DNA of 64,000 bases from Hyaloraphidium curvatum SAG 235-1. Taxonomy: Eukaryota > Fungi > Monoblepharomycota. Location of the stretch: positions 1 to 64,000 of the forward strand of contig JAIVFI010000015.1 of the NCBI GenBank assembly GCA_025558095.1, read 5' to 3'. A model generated the notes under the pieces. That model searched no databases and was not told where the DNA came from. It saw nothing but the letters and a program-made list of their open reading frames with translations. The translations under genes were made by a program, and so were the position numbers. Positions 25,901 through 37,412 of this stretch are shown here, piece after piece (the first letter of the stretch is position 1; each line of letters opens with the position of its first letter).

Positions 25901-26590
25901 CTGCCACTTTGCTCCATCAAATAGCACTGCTAGCTTCCAGATCCGTAGTTGAATCTTTGCCGGAAAACTATCTGCGGGAGGATTGGGGTCGGCCGCGCGG
26001 CGCGGCGCATGGCTCGAGACGCCCACCGAAGCGCCGGTCCGACAGCAGCGCCCATGGCCCCGCCGCTGCAACTTTGCTCCATCAAATAGCACTGCTAGCA
26101 TCCAGATCCGTGGTTGAATCTTTGCCGGAAAACTATCTGCGGGAGGATTGGGGTCGGCCGCGCGGCGCGGCGCATGGCTCGAGACGCCCACCGAAGCGCC
26201 GGTCCGACCGCAGCGCCCATGGCCCCGCGGCTGCCACTTTGCTCCATCAAATAGCACTGCTAGCTTCCAGATCCGTAGTTGAATCTTTGCCGGAAAACTA
26301 TCTGCGCGAGGATTGGGGTCGGCCGCGCTGCGCATGGCTGGAGACGCCCACCGAAGCGCCGGTCCGACCGCAGCGCCCATGGCCCCGCGGCTGCCACTTT
26401 GTAGCATCGAACAGCACTCTTGGCTTCCAGATCCGTGGTTGAATCTTTGCCGGAAAACTATCTGCGGGAGGATTGGGGTCGGCCGCGCGGCGCGGCGCAT
26501 GGCTCGAGACGCCCACCGAAGCGCCGGTCCGACACCAGCGCCCATGGCCCCGCGGCTGCCACTTTGTAGCATCAAAAAGCACTCTTGGCT
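16977..26590. repeat. Tandem satellite array, ~58 units of 165 bp (11 counted as a 160-bp variant)
   Basis: The unit gcgcatggctcgagacgcccaccgaagcgccggtccgac...ggaaaactatctgcgggaggattggggtcggccgcgcggc repeats continuously with sharp boundaries. Confidence 0.98.
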
Positions 26591-26826
26591 GAGCGATGCG
26601 CCGCGTTCTGCGTGCCCGTGCGGCCTCATCGGGTCGTGCCCGCGTGCCCTCCGCACCCCGCTCCCAAACTTCCCCTCGACTCTCGCGCGCGCCCCCGCTG
26701 ACGCGCCTGGCGCCCGCACCTGCCGCCCCGCCCCCGCGCTCTCCGCACGCGGTTCTTTGCGCAGGCGGCCGCGCGGCCCCCGCCGCCCGTTTCCCGCACG
26801 GACAAACAACGCAGCGCTTCTCGGAG

Positions 26827-28120
26827 ATGGCGTCCTACTCGGCGCAGCTGCCCGGGCCTCCCGCACCGCCTACCGCCACAGACTCCATCCTTACCCTCGG
26901 CGCTTCGTCGATGAACATCCTGGCCCCCGCAACCCCCGCCCCGACGGCGGCGTACACGTCCAGCTTCGACGAGATCGTGCGGAAGGAACAGCTCTACGTC
27001 ACCGGCCTCGAATCGCTCCTTGCCGCGTTCACCGAAGTTGCTTTCCGGGCCGAAAGCCTCAAGGAGTTCGCGGAGCTCGGATTCGCCTCGGCACTCGCCC
27101 AGGTCGAAGAAGTCTGCAAGGTGCTGGCCGGATCGGCGTGTAAGGGAAGCTGCCTGCACCTCGACGCGATGCTCGCGGAGCTCCGGCGCGCTTCGGGACC
27201 GGGGTGCGTCCTGCTGCTGCTGGTCGAGCTGCACAGGTACCTCGCGCTGGACCTGCTCCGCAACGCGGGTGACACCTGGGTCATTGCGAAGGCCTTCGCG
27301 CTCAAGGTGCGCTTTCGGTTGCCTCGGCGCATCGCCGGTCGGGGTCTGACGAACCGCGCCCGCGCAGTGGCCTCAATTCGAGATTTACTACCACGAGTAC
27401 ATCAGCTTGATCCCCCGCCTCCAGCAGGTCGTCGCCGCCGCCGCCGCCGCCGGGCTCGTGGACACGGTCCCGGGGGCGAACGGCAAATTCAAGGTGCCCA
27501 TGCTCGAGATGCTGGTCGCGCCGGAAAGACAGCTCGCGAACTACAAGATGCTTTTCGAGGTGCGTCCGCTCCCCGCGCCGTCCTCCCGCTGGGCTGACTC
27601 ACGCCGGCCACAGCGAATGCTCAAGGAGCTCCCCTCCATCGACCCGACCCAGGCCGCGCGATTCAACCTCCTCGCGTTCGACGGCCAGCTCAACTCGTTC
27701 CTGCAGAGGGCCAACGCGGCGCCGGAGGCCGGGAAGCGGGGGTTCATGGGCACGTTCGTGGGGTTCCTCGACGGCATGGCAAGGTGGCGGAAGGAGGCGG
27801 CGTCCTCGCCCGTCAAGGGAGCCGGGTTCCCCGCGCCCGCGCCCGCCAGCGCTATGGGGATGCTGTCGACGCTGCTCAGCCCGGGCCAGGTGGGTGCACC
27901 GGCGCATGCGCAGCCGCGGCTCCGTGGCCCTGATCTCCGTCGTGCCCAGAGCAAGAAGCGCAAGCAGCGGGACGAGGATGCCGACGCGGAAGAGCAGGCG
28001 GACGGGGTGAGCGTTCCCGACACCGCGGGTTGGAAGCCGCGGCGCTGATTGCCTGTCCGCGCGCAGGGATCGCCGAGCAAGAGGAGGAGGGCGGCGATCG
28101 GACGGCGCTGGGCCAGGTGA
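26827..28120 (+). CDS. Dbl-homology (RhoGEF)-like domain protein, multi-exon
   Basis: DEIVRKEQLYVTGLESL and MLVAPERQLANYKMLFE|RMLKE resemble DH conserved regions CR1 and CR3; GT-AG introns are present. Confidence 0.65.
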
Positions 28121-28665
28121 TGCGGACGCGGGCGGGAGGGATCAGAGGAGCGAGGGGGCGTTTCGGCGGGGCTTGATACGGCTGATGCACGGTCTGCGGC
28201 TCGACATTTCCATGTACATTTTGCACGATACCATGATCTCTCCCAGACGCACCGCTGGTTTTCGACACGAGTCGTTTCGAGTCGTTGGACTCGTCGGGAC
28301 CGAGACATCAATGTACTTATGGTCGGCCAAGTTTGCGGCGAGAAGCTTTTCGAAGAGAACAATCACGTTTCGTGCTCCATGCTTTTCTTGGATAAAGGAT
28401 ACCATTGCATTCGGACCGGCCGTCCGAGGATCCGGGGCGTGGCGAAGGCGACCTACGACGCGACCGCCGTCCCTTCCACAAACTCGGCCATCGCGGCGTC
28501 GGAGCAGAACTGGAAGCCGCCGTATTCGCAATGCAAATTGCTACCGGTACTCTTGCGGCGCAGGCCACGGGCTTCCCTGCCCGCGCCGGCGCGCCCGCTC
28601 CGTCGGAGAGGGTCGTGCTCGCGCGGGTCGCGGTCCGCCCGCGGGCGAGGTCGGCGCCGCCCGAG

Positions 28666-29865
28666 ATGGACCGCAGCCCATACGCGCTGCACCCGCGTCG
28701 CCTGACCGATCTGCCCGCCGAGCTGCTCGACGCCGTCGCCCGCATCCTCGCGTCGGCGGGCGACGCCATGGCGCTTGCCCGCCTCATGCGCGTGTGCCGC
28801 TCCCTCCGCGCCTCCGCCTCGCCCGCATTGGCAACGCTGGGCCGCGTGCTCGGCGAGGCCCGCATCTGCAAGGGCCGCCTGGTGCGCGTCTGCGGCTCCA
28901 CAGGCCTCGACCGCCTGTCGCACCTCAACCTGAGCCCCCTGTTCTCCGCGGACATCAAGACGTTGCGCATGTTCGCAGGATACGCCGGTTGCGACGAGAA
29001 CCTGGACAAGGTGCTCGGCGTGCTGCTGCGGGACTGCGTTGAGTTCGAGTTCCACTCCCGGCGCGAGTTCCACGATGCTGTTCAGGCCGACGTTTTCAGG
29101 CGCGTCCAACGGGCCATCGACGGCGTCGTCAGCCTGACCAAGCTCGAGCTGCTCTTCGGGAACGACGAGACGCGATTCGAGCTCCGCTCCGTCCCCCCCG
29201 GCGTCACGCAGGTCTGCGTTGGACAGGATCTACGGGCGCATGGCACTGGCATGGAACAATTTCTGGACCTGCTCGCCGGAATTCCCACCGTCGCCACGAT
29301 CGAGGTGGACGCGCGGAACGACTCGGCGATGTTGCACCGGCTGCGTCGTCCTCAAGTCGTCACTCGGATCAAGACCTACCACGTATTCGTGGCGGAGTGG
29401 GGCGGCCTCTCCCAGATCGCCGGCTTCGCGCCTGTTACGCTGGTGGTGCACTTGGCCACGGCGGATGGCAAGAGAGCCTTCTTTTCCCCCGAAACTTTCT
29501 GGTGGAAGGTCGCCAGGCTCCCCTCGCTCGAGAACCTGGTCTTCGTCGGCGCCGGGACGTCCGTTCTCGTCGGCGCCGGGACGTTCATTCTCGTGCATGC
29601 CGACCTTCGCAGCAACCTCAAGAGGATCGTGCTCGACCGACCCCGCCCCGACCTTCCCGTCAACGACTTCGCGGACATCCGCGGCACGTTCTCGGCGGAC
29701 TGCGCGCCGACGGTGCAGATCCGCGTGCGCGAGGGCGAGTGGTTCGGCCAGGGGCCCAAGGTGGAGAGGGAGCTCAAGTTCTGGCGGTCGCTGGGGGCCG
29801 ACGTGCACCCGGTGCTGAAATGGGACGATCTGCCGGCAGAGTACGGAACGTGGAGCCCGCTCTGA
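28666..29865 (+). CDS. F-box-like / degenerate LRR protein
   Basis: LTDLPAELLDAVARIL...LMRVCRSLR at the N-terminus, followed by LxxLxL-type repeats; long ORF. Confidence 0.7.
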   Translation: MDRSPYALHPRRLTDLPAELLDAVARILASAGDAMALARLMRVCRSLRASASPALATLGRVLGEARICKGRLVRVCGSTGLDRLSHLNLSPLFSADIKTLRMFAGYAGCDENLDKVLGVLLRDCVEFEFHSRREFHDAVQADVFRRVQRAIDGVVSLTKLELLFGNDETRFELRSVPPGVTQVCVGQDLRAHGTGMEQFLDLLAGIPTVATIEVDARNDSAMLHRLRRPQVVTRIKTYHVFVAEWGGLSQIAGFAPVTLVVHLATADGKRAFFSPETFWWKVARLPSLENLVFVGAGTSVLVGAGTFILVHADLRSNLKRIVLDRPRPDLPVNDFADIRGTFSADCAPTVQIRVREGEWFGQGPKVERELKFWRSLGADVHPVLKWDDLPAEYGTWSPL

Positions 29866-30069
29866 TGGGCCCGCGGGGTACGCGTGGAGGAGGGGCCGCG
29901 GTCGACCCTGGGCGTGGACGCGGAGGATGCGGAGCCGTGGAGATCGCGTACAGGGTAGTCGACGGGGCGACGATGGGGAAGAGATATCAGAGCCAGATTG
30001 GCAAATAATTCCTTATATCTACGCTGAACTGAGTCAAACGCACGAGGCCGAAGGCCAACTTGATGACGA

Positions 30070-31400
30070 TCATATCTCCGCGTGACCCCCTACGCACCCC
30101 CACCCGAAAGCCTCTGGAAGCTCGAACCTCGCCGCGCCGCCTCCACGCCCGGGAGGGCGGCACACGCTCCCGTGCGACGGCCAGGCGGCACGCTGGCAGG
30201 CGGAGGAGCAGTACCGCGCGAGCTTGCAGCTGCCGCAGCGGAGGAACTTGGTATGCTTGGTCTCGTGGTCGTGACCCGCGGAAAGGTTGGTTTCGTGCTC
30301 GCCGCCGGCCGCAGTCTGGCTTCCGGAGGCCGACGCGTGTCCCTCCTGCCGATCTTCGCCCTCCGCGGTCCTGCTTCCGGCGCCCGCCGCGCACCCGTTG
30401 TCGCACGTCTCTTCGGCCGCGTACACCCGCGCGGCCGCAAGCAGGAACCCAACGTGGTTCACGTCCTCCTCCGACGAGAGTGGCCCGGTGAGCTCCAGCG
30501 CCGCAGCCACCACCCGCAGCATCATCTCCTAATCCCGCAGGCTGTCGTCGTAGTCCTCGACGCACGTGCGCGACCACGGGGGCGTGTTGCGCATCGCACC
30601 GAGCATCAGGACGGCGGAGGAGAACTGTTCCACCGGCAGCGGGAGGCCGCGCGACCGCAAGGCACGGCAGTGGTCCCTCCAAGGCTTCTCTGTGGCCGCG
30701 ACCGCCCGCTCCAGGATCAGCGGGCTCGCCAGCATCCCCTCCACCAGATTGTCCAGATGCTTCGGCCACATGTGCAGCTGCGGCCACATGGTCTCCATGA
30801 CGAACCCATGCCGCCGGAGGCCCTCCGTCACCCGGATGGTGTAGATCGCGTGGCGGAACAGCGGGCGCAGTGCACCGTACAGCGCCAGGGCGTCCAGGAG
30901 CTCGGGATCCTCGGCGAGCCGGCGGCGGACGACCGAGTTGTAGGTCATGATCACGAGGATCCCCATCGCGTGCTTGGCTTCCCGCCCGAACAGGCCGTCG
31001 TAGACCTCGGTCGCCCAGCGCCCCATCTGCCCCACGGCTGTGTCGGGGAGCTCGGCACCCCACGCCGCGCGCCGCTCCCTGCTCACGAAGGCCATGATCA
31101 CCCGCCGCAGAACTGGGGCACGAAGGCCATGATCACCCGCCGCAGAACGGGGGCAATGCGGGGGAAGACGAGGCCCGACATGGTGATGAGCGGCTCCGCC
31201 GGGAAGCCGTCCTCGAAGTCCAGTGGGCGCAGCGCGCCCTTTGGGAAGAAGTCCGAAACTTGTTCCCAGGCCGACACGTCGTTGTCGAAACATAGCGTGT
31301 CGACCTGGCGGAAGACATTCTGCAGGCACCCGCCGTCGGCGCAGTGCCCCACGGGGTCGTGCGCGCGGACGTGGTGCGGTCTCGACGGAGGAAGCGCGGA
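30070..31400 (-). pseudogene. MYND zinc-finger pseudogene
   Basis: C-terminal CGSCKLARYCSSACQRAAWPSHGSVC. It has an in-frame TAG at 30529-30531, a 35-bp tandem duplication (31084-31153) causing a frameshift, and no in-frame ATG. Confidence 0.75.
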
Positions 31401-31852
31401 GTGGAAGGTGGAGTGGCGAAATCGTCGGGCGGGTCCAGGCCGTGGGGGATCGATCGCGCTGTGCTGCGGCTCCGTGGGACAGATAGGCCATTCGAAGATC
31501 GTTCACTGCATCCCGGGTTCTCCGAGGCAAATGATGCCTCGCTTCATCCTTTAGACCTGCATCCGCATCGCGATGCACGTGGTCAAGCAGGTTTCTCGGC
31601 ACACGGATCAATCTCGGCCTGACTGCCTCCCAAGTGTGCATCACGATCATCAAGGCAATCAAGGCGCAGGAGGACTATGCAAATTACTGCAGTACATGTA
31701 CGGCAAGCTCAAATCCCGGGCCGCATCGAGCCATTCTCGAGCTGGAGAAAGGGCGGGTCCAGGCGCGCCGCGCTGCGCCATTGCTGACGCCGCCCGAAAC
31801 TTCCCACGGCCGCCCACACCGAATCGTCCTCCGCTCCCTATTTCGCAGCACG

Positions 31853-32707
31853 ATGCCCGACGTTACCCTGCGTTCCGGCCGCATCGTGTCGTACCGCGAC
31901 GACGGCGACCCGGCCGGCGCCGTGGTGCTCCACGCCCACGGCGGCCTCTTCTCGTCCGCTTACGCCGAGCTCGCCGGCCCCACCGCCCTCGCCCTGCGCG
32001 TGCGGTTGATCACGCCGGACCGGCCGGGCATCAATCGGTCGTCGCCGCAGCCCGGACGGACGCTGAAGGACTGGGCGGACGACGCGGTCGAGCTGCTGGA
32101 CATTTTGGGCGTCAAGGGGCCCGTGGGCGTGCTGGGATGGTCTATGGGCGGGCAATACGCGCTCGCACTCGCTGCGTTCCACCCGGAACGCGTGTCGTCG
32201 GGCGTCGTGGTCGCCGGCGCCGTGCCGCTTGACGACCCCGCCGCCCGGGCGACGTTGAACCACATGGACGCAAAGTACACGCACCTTGCGGAGGACCAGC
32301 CGAAGAAGCTCGCCAGCAACTTCTCCGGAATGAAGGTCGCGGTGCAGCTGTTCCCGAACATCACGGCCAAGTACATCGGCAAGGCGATGGGGCCCGAGGA
32401 CAAGGCCGTGATCGCAGGGTTGCCCAACAAGGATCCGATCGTGCACTCGTTCGCAGAGGCCGTGAAGCAGACCGACGGGCTGGTGGAGGAGTACCGGGCT
32501 TGGGCGCTCCCCTGGGGATTCAATTACGGAGACGTGAAACCGCCCTTCACGGTGATCTGGGGCAAGGCGGACCACCTGATCCCGCAACAATGGGCCGAGG
32601 AGTACGCCAAAGGGCTCGGGACGGAGCTACGGATCGTCGACGGCGGGCATGCCTGGTTCTTGGCAGACTGGGAGCCGGTGCTGCGCCAGTTTGCGTGGAA
32701 GCAATGA
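31853..32707 (+). CDS. Alpha/beta hydrolase fold protein (intronless)
   Basis: HG oxyanion motif, DRPG, GWSMGG nucleophile elbow, WGKAD acid and GGH histidine. Confidence 0.9.
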   Translation: MPDVTLRSGRIVSYRDDGDPAGAVVLHAHGGLFSSAYAELAGPTALALRVRLITPDRPGINRSSPQPGRTLKDWADDAVELLDILGVKGPVGVLGWSMGGQYALALAAFHPERVSSGVVVAGAVPLDDPAARATLNHMDAKYTHLAEDQPKKLASNFSGMKVAVQLFPNITAKYIGKAMGPEDKAVIAGLPNKDPIVHSFAEAVKQTDGLVEEYRAWALPWGFNYGDVKPPFTVIWGKADHLIPQQWAEEYAKGLGTELRIVDGGHAWFLADWEPVLRQFAWKQ

Positions 32708-34087
32708 CGGGCCCGCCTGGATTAGAAATGTTGACTGAATCGTGTTCAATGGAAAACGGAGCCGAGCTACCCTTTTTCGTCGCGTGGTGTTCCACCGGAA
32801 ATCATCAATGCGTTCCATCCAGGACGCGGTCCAGAAGGCCTTCTCCTCCGCGTGGACGGCCCCCGAAAAGCGCACGCCAATCCTCGTCCCCTGCGCCCTC
32901 AGCCTCGCGACTGTAGCCTCAAGCGCATCCCAAATGAGCCACGGCGGAGAGAAACCGCCGATCCACGGGGGGTCGAAAGGCTCGAACTTATCGCCGTCAC
33001 GCACTATGGTGACCTTCTTGAGGCCGGGTCCGAGCGCATCCAAGGTCTTGAGCAGGGTGTTGAGGCCTCCGCAGTCCCATTGCAGCTCGATGACGCTCAT
33101 CTTGCGGATGCGGTCGAAATGCGGCATGACCCAGAAATCGTAGGGCACGACTAGTTTGCGGATCTGCACGGAATCAATCTTTGCAAGGTTGGTAAGGACG
33201 CGCCCGTCGCGCGTCAGGACGGTGTCGAGCTTGCGGACGAGGTTGGTGCAGGCGCCGAAGCCCGCAAGGCTGTTGGCAAAGGAGTCGTCCTCCGCGGCAA
33301 CATCCACGACCTCGATGCCGCGGATCGCGTCGAGCGCCTGCAGGAGTGTGGAAGAGGTGTCGCCGACGAGCCTGACGTGCTTGAGCTTGGGGAGAGCCCG
33401 CGCGAGGTCCAGCCCGTAGTGATTGCCCTCGCCCACGATGGAGGAAACGTGCTTCGCGCTGCCGGTGCAACCGAGGAAAAGCAGTTCCGGAAAACCTCTG
33501 GCGAGGACAGGGCCAAGGAACTCGTACGGCACGTCCGTGTCGAGGCGGACCAGGTTGGGCGTGGAGGCTCCGATGAGGCGCAGCGAAGGGTTGACGTAGC
33601 TCGCCTTGACGCCGCAGATTGCCGCCAGCTCCTTGATCAACCGGGTCTTGTCCTCGTCGGAGGCGAGCTTGCGGATCAGGAAGGGCGTGGTGTGGCCGTC
33701 GCCTGATGCGTCGACCGTGAAGGACCTGTACAGCTCCGGCATGGCCACATCGAACGCATCGCGGCAGGCCATCGATAGGGCGAGGAGATCTCAATAACTT
33801 CCTCCGACCTGGAGCACGCACTCGGCGACGAGGGAGAAGACATCCCATGGCAGCGTGGGCTCCTGTTTAGATGCCGGCACGGCGAACTCGGGCTCAGCGA
33901 GGAGGAGGAGAGCAGAGTCGATCGCGTCGGCAGGAATCTCCAGAGACGCGAGGACGCCCTTGATCCGGTCGAGCTGCCGCTGCGAGAACTCGTGCGGTCC
34001 GTGCTCCACTTGCGGGGACGCGTCCGACGCGGCGGTAGCAGCTGTCTGGCCCCTCGCGGGAACAGACTCTCCAACGACGGCAAGCAT
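32627..34087 (-). pseudogene. F-box/LRR-like gene interrupted by one in-frame TGA
   Basis: TLPWDVFSLVAECVLQVGGSY*DLLALSMACRDAF, with the stop at 33791-33793, followed by LRR-like repeats. Confidence 0.65.
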
Positions 34088-34524
34088 TCCCTTTCGCGTA
34101 GCAGACGTCCTTTTCGGCAGCGGAACGGGGCGCTGAGCCGGGTGAGAACTGTGCTATGTGTTATGTTGCGGGACGGCGATCCCGCAACGATCCCGTCGTT
34201 GAAGCCGCATTTCAGGTCGACTAAAAAAAAAAAACAGTTAGCAACAAAAGCATGTCAAGATGCGTGTTTCTGTGTTGCTATCTATTCCGGGAGTGCTTCC
34301 CGCGGTACATACAGGCCAGAGTGAAAAGTTAAGCCGCACGTGAATGCCAGCACCCCGGGCAGGAGAAAAATCACTGTATTGCTTCTTGTCAACTACGGCA
34401 ATAAATCGCTCGCACGTGCATAGTCGATCGGCAGCACGGCCGATCGTCGCCCTGTCGAATTGAGAGGACGAGCCAGCGTGGCACGGGACTATGGCTAGAT
34501 GTCGACGTGATCCCGGATCGCAGC

Positions 34525-35022
34525 TCAGGTCCCAATCGCACGCCGCTCCCGCCTCTTTTGCGCGGCATAGAGCGCCGGCGCCAGCACCCTATCGTAGGTC
34601 CACACTGCGACCGGCCTGATTACCGGCAGCGAGACGAGCTTCCCGAGCCAGCGGTACCCCGGCAGCTCCTTCCACAGGAGCAGGAAAGCGTCCACTCCAG
34701 CATGAACACGTCCGTCGGCGTCGATGGCGTGCAGCCGCTTCTTCGCGTCCTCCGATCCCACGCCGCACCGCTCCGCTGACGAAGGATCGGCGACGGCGTC
34801 CGAGAACCCGACGGCGGAGCCCCTCCGAGCAGCGATGCGCTGGTAGTGTTCGATTTCCACGCGGCAGATGGGGCAGCTGCCGTTGTAGAGCGCCGTGACC
34901 TTCGGCGAAGGAGGGGCAGTGGATTCGAATCGGCGCCGAAAGGGTGGCAAGGCGGCCGCAGAGGGGGCCAACGGGCCGAGTCTCCGTGTCGGGACCAACA
35001 ACGCCCTTCCGACGAAGCTCAT
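34525..35022 (-). CDS. DCC-family thiol-disulfide oxidoreductase (DUF393) with mitochondrial-presequence-like N-terminus
   Basis: LYNGSCPICRVEI (D/NxxCxxC) and G.DAF..LW..LP.YRWL; Arg-rich N-terminus with few acidic residues. Confidence 0.85.
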   Translation of the reverse strand: MSFVGRALLVPTRRLGPLAPSAAALPPFRRRFESTAPPSPKVTALYNGSCPICRVEIEHYQRIAARRGSAVGFSDAVADPSSAERCGVGSEDAKKRLHAIDADGRVHAGVDAFLLLWKELPGYRWLGKLVSLPVIRPVAVWTYDRVLAPALYAAQKRRERRAIGT

Positions 35023-35149
35023 CTCGTCCTCCTTCGTCTCTTTTCTTTCGAAGTTGCGACGTTGAATCGGGTTCGAGGCGACTTCTCAGAAGCACGCGGG
35101 CCGGCGTTTCCCGCGTTATTCTGCCGATTCCTGCCTCACCGCGGCCGTC

Positions 35150-35863
35150 ATGACGGCGAGAGCCTTCCTGGACATCGACATTGGCGACCCGGACGCCCAT
35201 GCTGCCGCCCAGGCCGCCCACTCGCGGTTCCTCTCCTTCCTCGCCGCCAACGGACCGCGTTTCGGCGCGTCCTCCCTCCCCCTCCCGGACGAGCTCGCCG
35301 AGACGCTGCTCGAAGCGTATCGGCTGGATCCCGCGGCGATGGCCGCCGGTGAACCCGCGTTGGAACCTCCGGCGCCGCTGAGGGCCGGCAGGATCGTCGT
35401 CGAGGTGTTCGAGAAGGAGTGCCCAAAGGCAGCGCAGAACTTCCTGTCCCTGGTCAGGGGCGGCACGGTGTCGAAGGTGCTGAAGAAGGAGCTGGCGTAC
35501 AAGGGGAATAGGTTCCACCGGATCGTGCGGGGGTTCGTGGCGCAGGCCGGGGTCATGAACGACAAGACCGGGGCGGGCGAGTCGGTCTATGGGGGCACGT
35601 TCAACGACGACAAGGCCGGGCTGAAGCTCAAGCACGACGGGCCGGGCGTGCTGGGCATGGCCAACTCGGGCAAGCCTAACACGAACACGTCCCAGTTCTA
35701 CCTGACGTTCGGCAAGGCCGAGAAGCTGGACGGGAAGCACGTCGTGTTCGGCCGCTTGGTCGAGGGACTCGAGGTGCTGCAGAGGATCGAGGAGGAGGCG
35801 GCGACGGAGGATGGGAAGCCGTCGAGGGCGGTGGTCGCGATCGCGGGCTGCGGCGTCCTTTGA
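35150..35863 (+). CDS. Cyclophilin-type peptidyl-prolyl cis-trans isomerase
   Basis: YKGNRFHRIVRGFVAQAG, GESVYGGTFND, MANSGKPNTNTSQFY and LDGKHVVFG. Confidence 0.95.
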   Translation: MTARAFLDIDIGDPDAHAAAQAAHSRFLSFLAANGPRFGASSLPLPDELAETLLEAYRLDPAAMAAGEPALEPPAPLRAGRIVVEVFEKECPKAAQNFLSLVRGGTVSKVLKKELAYKGNRFHRIVRGFVAQAGVMNDKTGAGESVYGGTFNDDKAGLKLKHDGPGVLGMANSGKPNTNTSQFYLTFGKAEKLDGKHVVFGRLVEGLEVLQRIEEEAATEDGKPSRAVVAIAGCGVL

Positions 35864-35961
35864 CAGCTATGGACGCGCCCACAGGGCTGGCTAACGGAGC
35901 AACTTCTTCAGAATTACTGCTTCCGGGTTGTGGCCCGGTCCGCGGTCCCATAGCCCCCCGA

Positions 35962-37412
35962 TCATCCCATGCACAGCGTCTCCATCGTCACGTACGTCCC
36001 CGCCCCCCTCAGTATCCCCCACAGCCCCGTCCCGACCGTGAACACCACCACCACCAGCGTCCTCAGGCTGCCGTAGCCCACCGCGAACCCCAGCAGCCTC
36101 ACCCTCCCGTCTCCGACCTCGGCGCAGGAACCCAGCAGCGCCTCGTGCCCCGCGATCTCGTCCCGACGGGGATCGCCGGGCGGGAAGCGCAGCCGCAGGG
36201 AGCGAAGGTCCCGCCGCGCGAGGCGGTAGAGATCCGTGAGCGACTCGGCCTGCGCATTGCAGGCGGCGATGGTGAGCATATCAAGGCCCAGGTTGTAACC
36301 GAGGAAGAGCAGGAAGAGGAGGGACCACGCCGGGATGCAGCCCGCAGCGATGGGGCCCAAGGCGGCCCCGACCAGGCCACCAAAAATGGCGAGTAACACG
36401 ATCAGGAATCGCTCACGGACGTTGGCAGTCTGCGCGGCCCATGAGACGGCAAGATGGTCGTGAATGGAGAAGTAGAGGCGCACGCTGGGCAGCGGGGTTG
36501 CGGCGACGTCGGTGGGCAGCTCCAGGCGCGAGATTTCGTCCGACAGGGCGAGGCGGAGAGCGCGGCGCTGCACGCGGAGCGACAGCTCCAGCAGCTTGGA
36601 GTTTGCCAACCCTATCTCGGACAGGCGTGAAAGTCCGCTGTACGTGAACCAAGAGGTGACTTCGATGGGGCCGTTAGGTGGTTAGAGAGAAGAAGAGTTG
36701 TCGCCCTGGAGATTTGTGCAGCAACGGCCAATCCGAGGGTGCGGATTATACCCCCCATGCACTCGGAGCTGGAGCAAGGGCAGGTAGGGTCGCCACCATG
36801 GTGCGCCAGCAGCAGAGATGTAGGCATTCCGTCAGCCTTTGCGCGGGCGTCGGCGTCCACGAGTTGAAAATACCGCGCGAGCACGGCGAACGTGTGGCGA
36901 TCTAGGGAGGCGTCCTTAATCCTTCCGGGGAATGCCGCATTGACCCGCCACCGGCTCATGAACAGGGGAAACACGCTGTTTGAGAAAATGCCGACCGCAA
37001 TCGCGGCGACGCCGGCTGCCAGTTGCCGCTGGGAAGCGCGGCCGCCGTCGTACGCCCACGCGCAGCCGATCACGCCCACGGCGGCCTTTGCCGCGGCATC
37101 CACGGGGCCGCGCACCACGTAGCCCCGCAACGAATGCAAGCCCGCCGCGGCGAGGTTGGCGCGCAGCAGCCCGCCCAGAAGCGGGACGCGGTCCGCGGCG
37201 GCCAGCAGCGCGGCGCGGTCGAGGGGGTCGGCGGCGCGCGCGGCGGCAGCGGGATCGCGCGGCGCAGCCTCCAAAAGCGTATCCGGAGGAGGTAGAGGCG
37301 CAGGGAAGATGACGAGCCATTCGGCCGCGGTGAAATCGAGCGCAGGCGGCGGCTTGGCCGAGGCGGAATCCTCCAGCACTACCCCCGTCATCCCGTTTCC
37401 CGCCTCCGCCAT
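35962..37412 (-). pseudogene. Lineage-specific multi-TM family member, disrupted near 36610-36690
   Basis: Shares F(T/S)AAEW..FP, LLAH..DPxCPC...C and terminal RLLGF.VG motifs with 62216-63739; split into two ORFs. Confidence 0.6.

Noticed and set aside
16977-26590. CRISPR array
   Set aside because: There are no unique spacers: variable sites reuse a few alleles. No cas genes are present and the context is eukaryotic.
30529-33793. Stop-codon reassignment or readthrough
   Set aside because: The internal stops are different codons (TAG, TGA), both are used as normal stops elsewhere, and other lesions co-occur.
34150-34420. AT-rich patch with A12 as a MITE or SINE
   Set aside because: No TIRs or TSDs were seen; it is likely ordinary intergenic or promoter DNA.
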